Shown here in pieces: positions 9,605 to 14,085 of a stretch of 14,085 bases of DNA (its first letter is position 1; every line of letters starts with the position of its first letter). Where the stretch lies: assembly GCA_043228905.1 (NCBI GenBank), contig JBHGNT010000900.1:1-14085 (forward strand), given 5' to 3'. Below the pieces are notes generated by a model. It was not told where the DNA came from. It made no database searches and was given only the letters and a program-made list of their open reading frames with translations. Source of the stretch: Azolla caroliniana. Taxonomy: Eukaryota; Plantae; Polypodiophyta. Both the position numbers and the translations under genes were made by a program.

Positions 9605-9690
9605 CACTTATTGGGGAACCCAACTAGGAGCCCCACTCATTAATTAAGAGTCGGACTAGGAGCCCTGCTCATTAATGAGCACTAACTATA
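9605..9690. repeat. Cluster of GGARCCYRACT / CTCATTAAT motifs
   Basis: ggaacccaact, ggagccccactcattaat, ggagccctgctcattaat; the same motif family recurs at 13411-13496. Confidence 0.55.
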
Positions 9691-10446
9691 AAAGCCATGA
9701 ATCGCTCATTTTGAACCTATTTTTAAAACAAAGTTTTAGGGTATTTGGAGGGAAGAATTAGAGAGGAGCACCACTTTCCACCAGCGAGCACTTCCCAACC
9801 ACCTACCATCCTCATTCGATATGCAAAACGAAGGCAATAATAGGTATGTATTTCGATGATTATTTCTATTTTTTACATCGTTATCTCTTTTCTTTTCATT
9901 TACATTTGATCACATGGTGCCATATTCTAACATGGCGAGAGACTTAGTTGTTCCATTTTTCAAATGTGTCATATAAATGCATTGTTATAATTTCATCATC
10001 AATATGAAGAAATGTTTAATCAAAAACAACGGGTCGTTTTCTATATGCTAGTAACAAGTGTGCAAGAAACTTTTCTACGATAGTAAATTTTTCAATAACA
10101 TTTTTGTATTTTCTTTCAACCCACTTTCATTGGTTTCCACCAAACGAAACTAAGCTCAAAGCAACACAAAATACGTTTGCTCAAGCATTGATTATCTCAC
10201 ATACTTAGTTACAACACAAGGTACGATTATCTTGAGCACTTATGTATTCCCGTTTACATACATAGGAATGCAATTATTCCGAGCACACAGATGTGGATAC
10301 ACATCATAGGTTTGTTATTTTCCTATTGGATGACGACAATGATAATATTATGTAATAGAGATCAACTAAGAATTGTAAGCATAGATATAATCACCATGAG
10401 GACATGCCATTATAGCCAATGAATACCATGTACGTATGTGTGCCTG

Positions 10447-10561
10447 CATATTCTAAATGTTTGAATTCTTCCACGTGATCCTTCATAATATGGAAATCAT
10501 GTTTGGATATGGAACCATTTGTTTCTCATATGCCATATTCTAAATGTTTGAATTCTTCCAC
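10447..10561. repeat. Exact 28-bp direct repeat (catattctaaatgtttgaattcttccac)
   Basis: Copies at 10447-10474 and 10534-10561; partial copies (tgccatattc) near 9918 and 10771. Confidence 0.85.
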
Positions 10562-12005
10562 TCTACATTGGTATCTTATTAAGAGAACTAGGTTCAATCA
10601 TGATCCTAGACATACAACAGGCTTTGTAATCAAAGTAGGATTTGAAATTTGATATATTTCAAACATTTTAATATGCAATGTATTTGAATCACCATAAATA
10701 ACATGTTTGTGTGGTGTCCCTGATTTTATTGGCTTCTTTTGTATCCCTTTTTTTCTTCTTGCATCTCATATGCCATATTCAAAATGCTATTGGAGACACC
10801 TTGCATGTTCCACATTTCTCCATTGAATATTTCAAATGTTATTATATATGGACTTGTGTCCTCCCAATTATTTAGCTATATCAATAAAAAATTGTTGCAT
10901 GAATTTGACGATTTCTAGGTGTGCTTGGATTGTGAAATTCGAAGACTTGAATGCAATGGATATATTGGTGGTTATTGAAGATGGCATGTGGTTTGTCAGA
11001 TGGCTAGTCGGTCCAAGACCTTCATAGACTTTGATGCGGATTGGAGTGAAACAATACCCTATGAAAGGAGGTATGGCCTGAATCATTTATCAACTATATA
11101 TTTTGTATAAATAGTGATGTTTGTGTGCTAACTTGAATGATGGTTTAGGGTTTTTGTAAGAAAGGGTGTTAGGTGCCCCAAATCCAATGATATGGATGCT
11201 GAAAACATCATTACTGAAAACCCTATGAATGACTCGAACATTGATACGAATCTCATGGGGCCATTTGTTGAAGATGTCAAACTAAATGGTGAGTTGATGT
11301 ACATTCTTATAATCATTATTGAAGTAAGTATATGTTGGGTTTTTCTAATGCAAATGTCATACCAATGTTGTAGTGGACCCTATGTCCCTCTTGAAGTGTG
11401 GAAGAGACACAATAGGTATCAAATGTCACACATGTATCGTTGGAGATTCATGCAGAAAAGAGGTACTATGGTTTCACACGAAAGCTAAGATGGAGGTTAC
11501 AGAAGGCACATGGCATTTGTGTAATACTAGCTCGGGGGCTGAAGATAGAGGAAGAAGAGCAATCGACCTCCATGAAGAGCACAACCACCTCCTTCTTCAG
11601 CAACTACGAAAGACAACGATCGATAAGGCATTTTTTGGATCCAGAGCTAAAGTAAAACAGATCACGCTAATCGTACATGACAAAGTTGAAGACAAGAGCA
11701 ATTAACATCTTCAAAGCTAGTCCAGACAGATTTCGAACATCCAATGAGGTTGATTTCATTGCCAGATTCATCAACCAAGAGATGGCCAGGTTACGACGAA
11801 AGGAAGGAGCACCGGATAGAGGTGGTCATGGGTTTGGCATGCCACAAGAAAAATGTGGACCCAGCCAAATTGTAGGACATTACATCATCCGACACAGATG
11901 AGGGTGAGGACATTGGGATTGTCTTTGTTGGTCTTGAGACAATCACGAAAACATGGAATAACACAAGAAGAAATAAGTTCACTAGGTATGTCGTTATGGT
12001 GGGGG

Positions 12006-12398
12006 TAGGGATCGGCAACGGTTCGGTTTAGGCTTAGCCGGTTTGGCTTGGATCAAGCCAAACCGGCTAAGCCTAAACCGTTTTGGGGATCTCAAACCTG
12101 AACCGAACCGAACTGGTTCATAAACCGGTTTGTGAACCGGTTTGGTAAACAGCTTAGAAACCAGTTTCCAAACCGGCTTGGAAACCTCCCTCTCTCTCTC
12201 TCTCTCTCTCCAATGATCCACTATATAGTATACATTGTACAAGCTCTCCCTCCCACTCTCTCTCACACGTCTGTGTGGTTCTCCCTCTCTCTCTCTCTCT
12301 TTCTCTCCCCTTATCTATTGTCTCACTCCCTCTCTTCTCTCTCCTTGTCCGTGTAGTTTTCCCTCACTCTCTCCCCCCTTGTCTGTTGTCCCCCCCCC

Positions 12399-12452
<54 letters not shown>

Positions 12453-12643
12453 CTCGCTCTAAAGTTTCTAAACGGCTTAGCCGGCTTAGCCGGCTTGAGC
12501 CAATTTGGCGAGGCTCAAGCCAAGCCGAGTCCAGCTCAAACCATTAAGGCAAGTTCAAACCTAAACCAAGTCGACCCGCTAAGCCGCTTTAAGCCAGCTA
12601 AGCCAAACGGTTTAGGCTTGAGCCGAGCCGTTGTCAATCCCTA
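12006..12643. mobile_element. Non-autonomous hAT (Ac/Ds-like) DNA transposon, 638 bp
   Basis: TIRs tagggatcggcaacggttcgg and ccgagccgttgtcaatcccta (18/21). Perfect 8-bp TSD ggtggggg at 11998-12005 and 12644-12651. Dense aaaccgg/ccggct/taagcc subterminal repeats; no coding region. Confidence 0.94.
12186..12450. repeat. Polypyrimidine/(CT)n microsatellite region including C20 followed by ~(CT)21
   Basis: CT runs at ~12190-12210 and ~12284-12300, C20 at 12390-12409, CT repeat continuing to 12450. Confidence 0.95.
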
Positions 12644-13410
12644 GGTGGGGGCATGAGATCAAGAGTTAACTTCATGTTTTTTTTATACTTGCTAATCTAG
12701 CCTAATAAACAAGTTTCAAGTGGCTTATCGAAGACTAGATCTAGTGGTCTTTTTTACTAAGGTAGAACTATGTTCGTTGTGCACCGTAGGCGAGATGGCA
12801 TCCATGTGGACAATGATCTTCCTCCACTTATGGATGGAGTACTCGCTACCCCCCGAGATCAACAAGTGGTTTCATATTTTTGATCCATTATGGGTACAAT
12901 TGGAGTCTGATATTGAGGAGTTTGAGATAATGGATTAAGCCTTGTATTTTTGAAGCTTTTAGATTCATACCTATGTATATATATGTCTGTATAAACGGTC
13001 TATGCAATGCTTTTGTAAAAGCCTGTTTCTTGGTTGGGGGTTTTCTTAGTTGAGTTTTTCTATCACTTTATGATACTAATGTGGGGGAGCATATGCTCTC
13101 CTAGTTCTAAAATCATTCTTGAAGAGCTGAAATCATGCTCTGCTAGTGCTGCATACGCCCTAGTAAGTCAATAATGGAGAAGATAGGCTCTGTGAACACT
13201 GCACTAAATGGGGAGTTTAATTGTTACTCTATTGCTATAGGAAAGTTCTCGTACCCACCCCCACAAAGTGATGAATGAGAGGTTTCAAAATGTGTAGCCC
13301 CCACAAATGTGTAGCTTAATGTTGAAAATTATGTTCGAAATCCTCAAAAATCAATTACCGGCATATATCACGTGGAAGCTTAACTGATTTCAACATTCCA
13401 TTTGTTCCAG

Positions 13411-13496
13411 TGAGGAGCTTGACTCATATCGAAGGAGGGAACCCGACTAATTAATGAGGAGCCTGACTCATTAATAGGTAGGTGCCCAACTATGTG
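13411..13496. repeat. Second cluster of GGARCCYRACT / CTCATTAAT motifs
   Basis: ggagcttgact, ggaacccgact, ggagcctgactcattaat, ggtgcccaact. Confidence 0.55.
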
Positions 13497-13567
13497 TAAT
13501 GATGGTGTTGCAAAGATCATACTAACGGACACACTAAATTGATTCACCAAAGTCACTAGCATGCACT

Positions 13568-13825
13568 AAGAGGTGAAATCATTCAGATCATTCACGGTCT
13601 ATTAATCACTCGCACTAATTTCGCTCACCTCAACCACAGTTAAACCGCAGAAATCATTCACGAATAGCTAGCATTCTCGATCATTCAGTAAGAGATGAAA
13701 TCATTCTCGAACTAAATCTGAATTGAAGAAGAGCTAAAATCATCCACTTAACTCATGTGCATTTTCGATCACATTGAATTCATTTGAACTTCAATCACTG
13801 GCATTCATTTGAATTCATTCACTTC
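13568..13825. repeat. Cluster of (GAA)ATCATTC short repeats
   Basis: gaaatcattcagatcattcacg, gaaatcattcacg, gatcattcag, gaaatcattctcg, and gaattcatt twice. Confidence 0.6.
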
Positions 13826-13855
13826 AATCACCATAATAATCGACCACAACCATCT

Positions 13856-14047
13856 ATGGAGAGCACAATGCATCATGGTGTCTTTGCCATGTCGGAAGAT
13901 GAATTGGAGGATACGTCATGGTCATCTAGCGCATCGTTTGTATCTGAGGACGAATTGGAGAAGCCTTTTGAGTTGTCGGATTTCGATCGTGAGGATGAGG
14001 CAATGGATCCCTTCATGTATTGTTCCCCCAGGTATTTTTCATTCTGA
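13856..14047 (+). CDS. Possible acidic N-terminal exon/ORF of unknown function
   Basis: MESTMHHGVFAMSEDELEDTSWSSSASFVSEDELEKPFELSDFDREDEAMDPF has an internal SEDELE duplication. Higher GC than its flanks; possible donor AG|GTATTT near 14031. Confidence 0.3.
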   Translation: MESTMHHGVFAMSEDELEDTSWSSSASFVSEDELEKPFELSDFDREDEAMDPFMYCSPRYFSF

Positions 14048-14085
14048 AGAGGTACGTGTCATGAACAAATGACCATTATAGCATC

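Larger units (their letters stand above)
11192..12938 (+). pseudogene. Degenerate intron-containing gene of unknown family, probably TE-borne
   Basis: ATG at 11192. A GTGAGT...CTAAT...TAG intron (11289-11373) splices in frame to VDPMSLLKC..KCHTC. A frameshifted continuation reads KLRWRLQKAHGIC..FIARFINQEMARLRRKE. Donor AG|GTATGT at 11986; last exon about 12714-12938 (..LHLWMEYSLPPEINKWFHIFDPLW..). Confidence 0.5.

Noticed and set aside
11994-12644. ORFs with SLSLSL/REREREE/PPPP runs
   Set aside because: Translations of the hAT subterminal repeats and the CT microsatellite.

Overview
Eukaryotic, probably land-plant, transposon-dense DNA; the element types suggest a moss or other bryophyte (inference). 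No intact host gene or RNA gene is evident. (1) 1-3415 is a minus-strand gag-only LTR retrotransposon: 720-bp 5' LTR at 2696-3415, 3' LTR cut by the window edge, tRNA-Trp primer-binding site, G-rich PPT, no pol. A ~55-bp hairpin-forming motif is repeated in both its gag tail and its LTRs. It is inserted into the gag of (2) a decayed Ty1/copia element (3416-6142) that stops abruptly in RT. (3) A degenerate Cys-rich minus-strand coding region (~6520-7485) lies head-to-head with an internally deleted Mutator (MULE) transposase (~8239-9059), followed by subterminal-type repeats. (4) A ~275-bp foldback MITE lies at 9301-9575. (5) A decayed intron-containing gene of unknown family (~11192-12938) is bracketed by clusters of a shared motif and has a 638-bp non-autonomous hAT element (8-bp TSD) in an intron. 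(6) Short repeats and an acidic ORF lie at the right edge. All assignments come from reading the sequence by eye; no searches were run. I see no clear new biological system. The best candidates are the gag-only element and the two unidentified TE-associated genes.
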